From IMG/VR virus record IMGVR_UViG_3300034109_000980, positions 1 through 35,350 of that record: a DNA stretch of 35,350 nt; one strand, given 5' to 3'. The DNA comes from a virus. The notes beneath the pieces were generated by a model, which was not told where the DNA came from, searched no databases, and saw only the letters and a list, made by a program, of their open reading frames with translations. Below, piece by piece: positions 25,029 through 33,414 of this stretch (the stretch's first letter is position 1; every line of letters starts with the position of its first letter). Position numbers and translations under genes: made by a program.

Positions 25029-25431
25029 ATCTCGACACCTCCAAAACTAACCGATAAATTTCCGGCTGTCCGGTCGTGCCATTCCCCGCAACTCTAATAC
25101 TGCTAATAATGGGAAATGGGCAGGATGCGATCGCCATGTCTTTTGCTTCTAAAATGGTATTGTTTACGTCCCATTGTCGGATCTGAACTTCCCATCGGTC
25201 AATAACCGAGACAGACCCCATGTACTGATTGTCCTGCGGTTCAGGATAAAAGATCACCCCCTCTATACCCTTAACTTCCGTCCCTGGTGATGGGGATTGC
25301 TTGGCTCGATTCCCGACAATTGTCAATGCGGGTGCTGTCAATCCCCCCGCGAAATTGTATTGACCGATTTCAATTGAATCAAATAGCCAATTTCTGAGTA
25401 GAATAGCAGTATCTTGATAAGTGCAAATCAT
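25009..25431 (-). CDS. Putative tail terminator / neck protein
   Basis: 140 aa with a PAL..W.V.IRQWD pattern, upstream of the TMP; function inferred from size and position. Confidence 0.4.
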   Translation of the reverse strand: MICTYQDTAILLRNWLFDSIEIGQYNFAGGLTAPALTIVGNRAKQSPSPGTEVKGIEGVIFYPEPQDNQYMGSVSVIDRWEVQIRQWDVNNTILEAKDMAIASCPFPIISSIRVAGNGTTGQPEIYRLVLEVSRYVNQIH

Positions 25432-25470
25432 TATTAATTTTGGTTTTATTCATTTATTCTATATTAAACT

Positions 25471-28308
25471 ATGGCTCCCGTACCCGCTGCTGCAAGATGC
25501 TCTCGATTTTTGGATTATCAGGGCAACGCTTACCCTGGTTTTATGAATCTGTCTTGTAATTACACCAGTTTAGATCAGGGCGGTTTGGTGACTTGGGAGG
25601 GAACAGCAGAGATAGCGTGGGTTCCGAATAATCCTACAAATATTGACAATCGAAAAAATCGGGTGACTTGGTGTTTTGGGCGGGTTGTTGATTTGAGGGT
25701 TGTTAATGATTCAGGAAATTACGAGCGTCCCAAGTGCATTCCTAAAATGTACATCTATAAAGCGTTATACAATCCCCATACGGAGCGATTAAGGCTTGAA
25801 TTGAGGGATATATTGGGGTTGCTTCGAGATAAGTCTATAGATGATTTCAGGAATGATTTTGAGGAAGAAAATGATATTGAGACTGAAATCCCAGAGGAAG
25901 AAAAAGAAAAAATAGAGGCGTGTGGTTTTCCTGGTGAGGAAGATTACGACGAGACAAAATTCAATGATCAACAGGATAAGAAAAAAAATAAGTTTTGGTG
26001 GGAGCAGTGGCAGAAGGAAGGAACGGAGCAAAACATTATCATTATTTCCGAGATTATGCGGCGGTTGGAAATATCAATTCAGGGAACCGTGATGGGGTCA
26101 ATTAGACTCCCTTACACGGTGTCAGGTTCTTTATTGTCAGTTTGCGGTGATTTAGCTTTTAAGAGTTTAACGCCCTCTTATATTTGGTCAAATTACGCGG
26201 GTCGGGCGATCATTTCTAGGATTAATATTGACCCGCCCCGTGAAAAGTTTTACGTTTCGGGAGTTGGCGATATTGATTATAGTCCAGTTGAAAATGGCTT
26301 AAATCCCATCTCAGAATTGATTGTTTTAGGACGGGTTAAGGAACTGGACGAGAATGCGATTCAAGAGGAAACGATAGAAGATGAAGACGGAAACATAGTT
26401 CCTATGCACTGTGAAACTATCACCGAAACAGGGCCAGAGACAACAATAAATAGTGATGGTGATGCGTTGGTTAGTGTTGACGTTGTTAGAACAAAAATAT
26501 GCGAATATGTTGGGAGATTTAAGAAAACAATAATAACGACAACCGAGGAAAGGTATGGATCTCTTTTCCCTGAATCAACGGACACAGATCATAGCCCTAG
26601 CGACTGGATAAATCCTAGTTATAGAAAGGTTGAAGAACAATTTTATGACGCTTGTACAGGGGCTTTATTAAAAAAAGTAGTCACCGAGTACAATGTTTGG
26701 GGAAAAGTATTTGGAGCTTACTACGGGAATCACCTTGACTATGTTATAGATCCCTCTGGTTTTGGGGCATTGCAGATATTTTCACCAGCAGGATCAATAA
26801 GTACCTATGCTGATTTAGCAAAGTTTGACACGACTTTAATAAGAGACAAAACAGAGACAACTAGAAACTATTACAAAAAACAAAAACTTTATAAAACAAC
26901 AATACAAACCAAGGAGCCAAAATACAAAATATTAGTAGATTTTGTCCCACCCCGTTTAAGTAACAACATATACGATGGATACTCTATAACATCGTCATCT
27001 ATAGAAACATGGAGTGAGTGGGGGAATAATCATCAAACACATTCATTGGTGGAATTTGACGCTTTAAATAGAGTCAATAGTGCAGGGGTACAGAGAGAAG
27101 AAGAAAAGCGGTTGCAACACCTAGAAGATTGGAAGCAAAGTATCCCAACTTTTTCTCAGGTAGTCTTTACAAGACTTAAACGCACACAGGGGGAGCCAAG
27201 AGAACTAGAACCCGGTCAGCCATCAAATGAAGATGTCAGAGTCAAAACTATTGATATCCCTAAGAGTCTAGTTTCATCAGAAAAAAGATTGGCGTTAACG
27301 GGAAAAAGAACCACAACAGAATCAAGTCGTGAAGGTTTAGCAAACGCACCCGCCACTGAATATCTACCCAGGGGAAAAGCCAGCGAAGGTAGCGGAGGCA
27401 ACGAAGTTAACAAAAACGCCGCTGAAAAATGGATTGATAAGCCCGTTGTTTACCGCAAAAAGTGGGAAGATGCCAAAGGTTCTGAGTTTTTACCTAGTCG
27501 AGAAATTACCGATTTAGGGGAAGTGATCACGGGTGAAATTGTTGATGCTGTGGGAGAAGTTATATACTATCTAAGGCAAGGGCAAAGTTATATACATGAG
27601 TTGATTTTACCATTTACCCAAGACTGGATTTCTGGCAGTTTTAAACCCACTTTCAGGGTAGATGTAAAGGAATGTGAGGATGCTTATTGTCATTTAGCAC
27701 ATGGGATCAGTATGGACTTTTCCCAGAAAGAAAACTCACTTTTGATGGAGTTATTGTGGCTTGGTGAAACATCCGTTTCTACTCCCATAAGTTCACCCCA
27801 AAAAGTCCTAAGCTACAATATAACCTCGTTACCACCATCAGGAGAGGGTGTCTTATATCTTGAGGGTGTAGCAGTAACAAGCGGTCAAGAAATACCCGCA
27901 GCGAGTATCTCTAATTTAACATTTATCCCAACTACAACGTTTTCCGGTGCGACGTTTAGCTATGTGGCATCGGGGGGTATTGAGGGAACCCCGACCCCTG
28001 TTGTTTCACCATCGGCTTTGACTGTTCAATTAATCCCTAAAACGGGGGTAGCGTTAACAATCCCAACTACCAATCCAAACATACCCCCAACAGTAGCGTC
28101 AACCGTTGTTATTGACAATACTGTGATTGAGAATAAACCAATTACGCTACCTATAGATTTAGAAAGCAATTCTATTCCTATCGTGAAAGTGGTAGAGGAT
28201 GATTTTACCTATAGCTATCAATTAAAAACCTTGTTAAGACGACTAAAGTCTAATACAATAGAGAGGTTAACATTGCAATCTAGCGATAGAACAAAAATCT
28301 ATTTGTAA
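25471..28308 (+). CDS. Large tail tip / hub-like virion protein with a C-terminal cadherin/Ig-like module
   Basis: 945 aa; LELRDILG hub-like pattern; ITSLPPSGEGVLYLEGVAVTSGQEIPAASISNLTFIP..FSY. Confidence 0.55.
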   Translation: MAPVPAAARCSRFLDYQGNAYPGFMNLSCNYTSLDQGGLVTWEGTAEIAWVPNNPTNIDNRKNRVTWCFGRVVDLRVVNDSGNYERPKCIPKMYIYKALYNPHTERLRLELRDILGLLRDKSIDDFRNDFEEENDIETEIPEEEKEKIEACGFPGEEDYDETKFNDQQDKKKNKFWWEQWQKEGTEQNIIIISEIMRRLEISIQGTVMGSIRLPYTVSGSLLSVCGDLAFKSLTPSYIWSNYAGRAIISRINIDPPREKFYVSGVGDIDYSPVENGLNPISELIVLGRVKELDENAIQEETIEDEDGNIVPMHCETITETGPETTINSDGDALVSVDVVRTKICEYVGRFKKTIITTTEERYGSLFPESTDTDHSPSDWINPSYRKVEEQFYDACTGALLKKVVTEYNVWGKVFGAYYGNHLDYVIDPSGFGALQIFSPAGSISTYADLAKFDTTLIRDKTETTRNYYKKQKLYKTTIQTKEPKYKILVDFVPPRLSNNIYDGYSITSSSIETWSEWGNNHQTHSLVEFDALNRVNSAGVQREEEKRLQHLEDWKQSIPTFSQVVFTRLKRTQGEPRELEPGQPSNEDVRVKTIDIPKSLVSSEKRLALTGKRTTTESSREGLANAPATEYLPRGKASEGSGGNEVNKNAAEKWIDKPVVYRKKWEDAKGSEFLPSREITDLGEVITGEIVDAVGEVIYYLRQGQSYIHELILPFTQDWISGSFKPTFRVDVKECEDAYCHLAHGISMDFSQKENSLLMELLWLGETSVSTPISSPQKVLSYNITSLPPSGEGVLYLEGVAVTSGQEIPAASISNLTFIPTTTFSGATFSYVASGGIEGTPTPVVSPSALTVQLIPKTGVALTIPTTNPNIPPTVASTVVIDNTVIENKPITLPIDLESNSIPIVKVVEDDFTYSYQLKTLLRRLKSNTIERLTLQSSDRTKIYL

Positions 28309-28313
28309 ATAAA

Positions 28314-28619
28314 ATGCCTAACTATAAAGCAAGTTTTTTTTGGTTCCCAAATGTTGCCGCAATGTCTAGTTTTTTGCTTGACAATACCGATGAAGATGGG
28401 TTGGTTTTTGCGGTTGGGGTAGATACGACCAACTGGAAAATTGCTACATGGCGAAAAAACTCTACCGCAGCAATTGACAACTCAGTAATTTATGCAGCTA
28501 ACGGCCCTGGTAGGTGGGTAGTATTAGATTCTACTCCAATATTTATACCCGTTTGGAACTCGGATATTTCTTCTAGTTGGAACTCCGACCTGATGACTAA
28601 TTGGAATGTTGCAGGCTAA
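28314..28619 (+). CDS. Small protein resembling tail-fibre/tailspike N-terminal modules
   Basis: W..NSTAAIDNSVIYAANGPGRW; C-terminal WNSD repeats. Confidence 0.5.
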   Translation: MPNYKASFFWFPNVAAMSSFLLDNTDEDGLVFAVGVDTTNWKIATWRKNSTAAIDNSVIYAANGPGRWVVLDSTPIFIPVWNSDISSSWNSDLMTNWNVAG

Positions 28620-28620
28620 A

Positions 28621-29109
28621 TCACAATTTCCCTGTATATCCAATATTGATCGTGATGGTAATTTTCTTATCTTCAACAACCGTTAATTCAACGGGTTTGA
28701 ATCTTCTACCCTGTGGCTTTTGTTCTATGGCAATAGGTGGGTAGCCTCTAACCAAAGACCCCACGGCTACGCCTCCCGATTTGATAGCTTTAGCTGAAAA
28801 CCGATCAGACGGATTAGCTGTTGATTGGACATTCCAACTATCAGTATCAGGATTATAATAATTAACTCTATAGGGAGCGTCCGATGTTTTTGTTGTGGGA
28901 TTGCTTTCAGGAACAATGGGATTGCTTTTAGGAACAACGGGATTGCTAACTGGTGGGGTGTTAAATTGTCTTCTAATTCGAGCGCGGTCTTTAAGCCTAT
29001 CAGTCCCCGATTGAGAGATCAAAGAATCTCGCACCTGTCTAAGTTTTTCGAGGTCTTCTATCCCTGTTTTCTCTTTACTGTAGGGGCGATTGTTGAGTAA
29101 TCCTGTCAT
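28621..29109 (-). CDS. Hypothetical protein, probably virion-associated
   Basis: ATG 29109 avoids overlap with the divergent gene; SNPVVPK repeats. Confidence 0.6.
   Translation of the reverse strand: MTGLLNNRPYSKEKTGIEDLEKLRQVRDSLISQSGTDRLKDRARIRRQFNTPPVSNPVVPKSNPIVPESNPTTKTSDAPYRVNYYNPDTDSWNVQSTANPSDRFSAKAIKSGGVAVGSLVRGYPPIAIEQKPQGRRFKPVELTVVEDKKITITINIGYTGKL
28897..28947. repeat. 21-bp coding tandem repeat (about 2.4 units)
   Basis: gggattgcttt(c/t)aggaacaa(t/c). Confidence 0.85.
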
Positions 29110-29138
29110 AATATTAAATAAGTATATTCTAGTAAAAC

Positions 29139-29432
29139 ATGAGTAAATACTCCCTACAGTATAGGTCGGCAAGGCGACGGGCTTTCGGGTCTGGCAGCTT
29201 ATCTCAGAAACCTGTCAGCAAAGCTACAAGTCCAACATCCAACACGGCATCAAAAGCCTATTGGGAATCAGCTTCTTTTGTGGGATTTGATCCTGAGTCT
29301 GGGCGGTATATGGTTAGGACTTTAGGGGGTGAAGTGAAAGGATCTGATAGGATACCCGGAAACGGTGCGGAGTTTGGGGGTGTTAGCATCGGGACGGGCG
29401 GGTTGTTTTCTCAAGGGTTTTGGTCAGATTAA
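29139..29432 (+). CDS. Hypothetical protein
   Basis: ATG-started 97-aa ORF heading the operon that leads to terL. Confidence 0.65.
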   Translation: MSKYSLQYRSARRRAFGSGSLSQKPVSKATSPTSNTASKAYWESASFVGFDPESGRYMVRTLGGEVKGSDRIPGNGAEFGGVSIGTGGLFSQGFWSD

Positions 29433-29454
29433 TTAATAATAAACAGGAAATTAA

Positions 29455-30009
29455 ATGGCACTTCGCGGCTGTGATTTAGAGCAAATTATAACTTTCCCCA
29501 CTTATCCATCGGAGCGTGGAAAAATGATTTTATACGTCCCTGGTTTTAATCCAGGCGTGGCGTTGGTAATTGATACGATTCCTAAAGGTGGCTACACCCG
29601 GCGCTATGTTCACGGAGCCGAACTTGAGTACAGTTATAACGGTTCTGCCGTGATTCGGGGTCAGTGTTTCACCCCTAGACTTGAATGGGAAATTGAGTGT
29701 CATTTATCACCACAAGGTAGAAGTTTATTTTGGGCGGCTGTCGAATATTCAGACACCAAAAGGAGAACCCCGCCACGGACTGGATACGAAATAACCTGTG
29801 ATGATATTATGCGATCGCTAATTGAGTTAAATAGGACTAGGGCAAAAGCAGCTACTACTCAACCCTACGAGGTAATCTTTGGTCAAAGAATTGAATATTT
29901 CCCTAAATGTAATGTAATTATTCCTATCCCTGAAATCAAAGAGGAAAACTTAGGGAATGGCTATAAAATAGGCTTCAAAATGCAAGAAGTGGGGCTGACA
30001 ACACCATGA
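29455..30009 (+). CDS. Putative distal-tail-like virion protein
   Basis: AGGA RBS; SYNG..I.G..LEW pattern and terminal F.MQE; ATGA overlap with terL. Confidence 0.45.
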   Translation: MALRGCDLEQIITFPTYPSERGKMILYVPGFNPGVALVIDTIPKGGYTRRYVHGAELEYSYNGSAVIRGQCFTPRLEWEIECHLSPQGRSLFWAAVEYSDTKRRTPPRTGYEITCDDIMRSLIELNRTRAKAATTQPYEVIFGQRIEYFPKCNVIIPIPEIKEENLGNGYKIGFKMQEVGLTTP

Positions 30010-31454
30010 CTTTAGGACAAAGAAAAGCCGATGATAAAATCAAATTTAGAGAGGAGCAGCAAAATAAGTTAACAGCTTCAACTAAGACTAAAGAAGTTTT
30101 TCCCAAGACACAACCCGGCCCCCAAACTGCGTTTTATGAGACTAAAGCCGATATTGCTATTTATGGGGGAGCGGCGGGTGGCGGTAAAAGCGCGGCTTGC
30201 TTGATTGATGCGATTAGATACGTCGGGAAAATTCCTAACTATAATTGTGTATTTTTCCGTCGGACATTCCCAGAAATCTTTAACCCTGGTGCATTATTTG
30301 ATGAGTCTCAGAGGTGGTATCCATTATTGGGTGGTGAAGCCAATTTAGTTAAGGCGCGATGGGTATTTCCTAAGAATGAGAAAATACAATTTGCCCATCT
30401 TCAACACGAAAAAACCTTAACCCAGTGGCACGGGTCACAGATATCTCGATTGTATTTCGATGAGCTTTGTACCTTCACGGAAAAGCAGTTCTGGTATCTA
30501 CTATCAAGATGTCGAACTACACTCCCAATTAAGCCACAAGTCAGGGCAACTTGTAATCCCGACTCTGAATCATGGGTAGCTGATTTATTATCTTGGTGGC
30601 TCGGAGAAGACGGATTACCAATTAAGGATCGGAGTGGGATTTTAAGATGGTTTGTTCGGGTTAATAATGAGTTGATTTGGTCTTTAGATAAAGATGAATT
30701 GAGATTAAAATATCCCAGTATTCCCCCAAAGTCTTTAACATTTATTCCTGCATCTATTTATGACAACAAAATATTATTAGATAATGACCCCGATTATATT
30801 GCTAATCTTTACGCACTACATGAGATTGACAAACAAAGATTGTTACTAGGAAACTGGAAAATTAAACCAGAAGCGGGGGTTGTATTTAATAGAGATTGGT
30901 TTGAAGTTGTTGATGATATCGACAGAGATGAGATTACACGGACGGTTAGATTTTGGGATTTGGCAGCTACCAAAACTAAATTAAGCTATTATACCGCAGG
31001 GGTAAAAATGGCAATATTAAAGGATAAAAGCCTAATAGTTTTGGATGCTATTTGGGAACAAACTACACCCGCCGAAGCTATTAATTTAATCAGAAAAACC
31101 GCCGAAAGGGACGGGAAAACTGTGACGGTGGGATGGGAACAGGAACCAGGGAGCGCAGGAATTATGGCTATGGAACAGATTAAGACATCTTTGAAGGGTT
31201 TTAGATGCAAACCTGTCAGACCCCAAGGGGATAAGATTCAAAGGGCTTTACCCTACGCAACCGCCGCACAGAACGGTAGGGTGTTTTTACTCAGGGGTAC
31301 ATGGAATGACCAATATATTAATGCTTTGCATAATTTTGATGGGAGCGGTAAACCTTTAGTTAATGACTTGACCGATTCAAGTAGCGGTGCTTTTGAGCTT
31401 TTGAACCGGATTAAGGCAACTTGGGTAGGGGTTAGTGGTAAGGATATTTTATAG
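30006..31454 (+). CDS. terL: Terminase large subunit (Terminase_6-type ATPase + RNase H-like nuclease)
   Basis: PGPQ adenine-binding motif, YGGAAGGGKS Walker A, LYFDE Walker B, ATCNP, FWDLAAT, EQEPGS, DK..RA, DLTDSSSGAF. Confidence 0.95.
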   Translation: MTLGQRKADDKIKFREEQQNKLTASTKTKEVFPKTQPGPQTAFYETKADIAIYGGAAGGGKSAACLIDAIRYVGKIPNYNCVFFRRTFPEIFNPGALFDESQRWYPLLGGEANLVKARWVFPKNEKIQFAHLQHEKTLTQWHGSQISRLYFDELCTFTEKQFWYLLSRCRTTLPIKPQVRATCNPDSESWVADLLSWWLGEDGLPIKDRSGILRWFVRVNNELIWSLDKDELRLKYPSIPPKSLTFIPASIYDNKILLDNDPDYIANLYALHEIDKQRLLLGNWKIKPEAGVVFNRDWFEVVDDIDRDEITRTVRFWDLAATKTKLSYYTAGVKMAILKDKSLIVLDAIWEQTTPAEAINLIRKTAERDGKTVTVGWEQEPGSAGIMAMEQIKTSLKGFRCKPVRPQGDKIQRALPYATAAQNGRVFLLRGTWNDQYINALHNFDGSGKPLVNDLTDSSSGAFELLNRIKATWVGVSGKDIL

Positions 31455-31747
31455 TGGAATTATAGCCAAACCCCTTGTCAATCAACGGTTTTAACCGTTT
31501 AATATTACAAAATATAAGTGATTAATTTATGTTTTGTGGGGGTTAATTAGATAATTAACTTAGATTAGATACCAAAAGTTGAGAACCTTACTATCACGAG
31601 TTAGATAGCTAAAAGCGGTACTATACTGATGGTATATAGCTTTTCTTTTGTACGTCGTCTTGTTTAAAACCTGTCAACAGATTGATTGATTAAACTTGAA
31701 TTTAATCCTGTTTATTTTGGCTAACTTGTGTTATTGTAAAAACAGAA

Positions 31748-31775
31748 ATCACAGAGAGCTAACGCTTTCTGTGAT
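31748..31775 (+). promoter_or_regulatory. Leader hairpin upstream of the ParB-like gene
   Basis: atcacagagagc-taac-gctttctgtgat. Confidence 0.55.
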
Positions 31776-31798
31776 GATAAAACTTGTATGTAAGTATT

Positions 31799-32719
31799 AT
31801 GACACAAATAATCAATAATTCTCAATCTAGGGATTGTCAGGGGGATCAGGAAATCGCTGCAACCCTTGAAAATATTACCCCTTACATGGCTAAAAAGTAC
31901 CTGGAAACTCAGGGGGTAAATAGAACTATTAACCCGTTAAGAGTTTTGGAATACGCAGATCGAATGAAGAAAGGGCAGTGGCTCGTAGGTCAGGCTATAA
32001 CCTTTGCTAGTGACGGATGTTTAATAGATGGTCAACACAGATTAGAAGCAGTAATAAAATACGGCAATGCTGTTAACTTCTTAGTCGTAAGAGGTGTTGC
32101 CAAGGAGTCCGCCTCTGTGTTTGACGTTGGGCAAAAACGGACTATGGCTCAAGTCGCAAAAATTCAGGGGATTGATCACCCTCAGATGACAGAAAGAAAC
32201 GGTATTTTAAACAGTGCTTTGATTGGCTCAAGACTAAAAACTAGAACAATAAAAGCTGAAAACGAGCGAAATTCAAAGAATCTTTTTGTCTCAAAAGCAG
32301 CAGCAAGGTCTTTTCAAACAATGATAGGTTTAGCTGTCAAGTATCAAGAAGGTTTGGATTTTACCTTAATCACAAGAGGAACCCGTGAAGAACGAAAACC
32401 AATAGGCAATTTAGTTGCTGTAAAATCTGCTATTTTCCGAGCTTATTACAACGTAAACCGCCAACGGCTTGCTGAATTTGTTCAGGTGTTGCAATCGGGT
32501 TTTCAAATAAGAGGAGACATAGATACCGCAGCAATCACTTTACGCACCTTTTTATGCAACTTAAAAACCGGAGAAAAAAAGGTATCAATAAAGGATGGAG
32601 GGGAACTCGAAATCTATCAAAAAACTGAGTATGCTATCCTTAATTTTACGGAAAAGAAATCAAGAAAAACACTTACAATGTCAGGCTTTGAGGAGTTTCC
32701 CTTAGCTGATTTTGATTAA
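31799..32719 (+). CDS. ParB/Srx-like (DGQHR) phage protein
   Basis: ITPYMAKKYL..NR..YADRMKKGQW..I.F..DG.LIDGQHRLEAV..D.G..R. Confidence 0.8.
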   Translation: MTQIINNSQSRDCQGDQEIAATLENITPYMAKKYLETQGVNRTINPLRVLEYADRMKKGQWLVGQAITFASDGCLIDGQHRLEAVIKYGNAVNFLVVRGVAKESASVFDVGQKRTMAQVAKIQGIDHPQMTERNGILNSALIGSRLKTRTIKAENERNSKNLFVSKAAARSFQTMIGLAVKYQEGLDFTLITRGTREERKPIGNLVAVKSAIFRAYYNVNRQRLAEFVQVLQSGFQIRGDIDTAAITLRTFLCNLKTGEKKVSIKDGGELEIYQKTEYAILNFTEKKSRKTLTMSGFEEFPLADFD

Positions 32720-32729
32720 TTCCTAAATC

Positions 32730-32754
32730 ATCCCCTGCAAAATATCGCGGGGGA
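32730..32754 (+). terminator. Hairpin, possible terminator
   Basis: tcccctgc-aaaatatc-gcggggga followed by an imperfect T tract. Confidence 0.45.
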
Positions 32755-32789
32755 ATTTTAAATATATACAGCAAAATTTAGAGGTAATT

Positions 32790-33308
32790 ATGGGTGAGTC
32801 AAAATGTCGAAAAAAATCAGATCCAGATTACGGAAAAACATTAAGAATAACAAAGGAACCATCCACACATGAGATGACTTATGTAGCTGATTTACTTAAT
32901 GCTATTGAGTTGTTTTACTACAATCCTGAGACAAATACAGTACATAGTTCATTCAGTCCCTTGGCTCACCAGTTTGGCAAGATGATGGACTTTAAATATT
33001 CATTATTGCTTGATAAGTTTGAATCTCAAAAAGGATACTATTTCGTAAATCATTTAACAAAAACTGCCAACTACGCAGGGGATAACTTTAAGCAAGCCCT
33101 TGAGATGATGAAAGAACGGGGCTATGTTAAAAATATTGTTTCATTAATTGAAATCGACAATGATCAAGAAGATGATTGTCATTCTCAGTGTGATGACGAT
33201 GATGACGGCGACGATCTTGAATTTGATGAAGACGGAGAGTGCGTCGGGGATGACACATGGGATTATCCGGGTTCACCTTATTTAAGCGATGATGACGATA
33301 TTTACTAG
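32790..33308 (+). CDS. Hypothetical protein with an acidic C-terminal tail
   Basis: GAGGT RBS; N-terminal MGESKCRKK..YG resembling cyanobacterial MGEAKRRK starts; D/E-rich last ~50 aa. Confidence 0.7.
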   Translation: MGESKCRKKSDPDYGKTLRITKEPSTHEMTYVADLLNAIELFYYNPETNTVHSSFSPLAHQFGKMMDFKYSLLLDKFESQKGYYFVNHLTKTANYAGDNFKQALEMMKERGYVKNIVSLIEIDNDQEDDCHSQCDDDDDGDDLEFDEDGECVGDDTWDYPGSPYLSDDDDIY

Positions 33309-33333
33309 AGGTTAAAAGTGGTCGCCACTAATT

Positions 33334-33366
33334 AAAAAGGGTAGAGATTTAACCTCTACCCTTTTT
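33334..33366. terminator. Bidirectional terminator
   Basis: aaaaagggtagag-atttaac-ctctacccttttt between convergent genes. Confidence 0.88.
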
Positions 33367-33414
33367 GATGTTTGGTTTAACTAGGGTAAGGATGTTTAAT
33401 AGTTTTGGGGCAAT

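Noticed and set aside
12858-25431. Recombinase-invertible segment explaining the minus-strand TMP block
   Set aside because: No flanking inverted repeats or invertase gene were found by eye.
25789-31210. Shadow ORFs 25789, 26361, 27216, 28825 and 30989
   Set aside because: Antisense to longer, better supported genes.
31459-31485. Antisense promoter into terL (TTGACA and TATAAT on the minus strand)
   Set aside because: The spacer is only 11 bp and there is no extended -10 TG.
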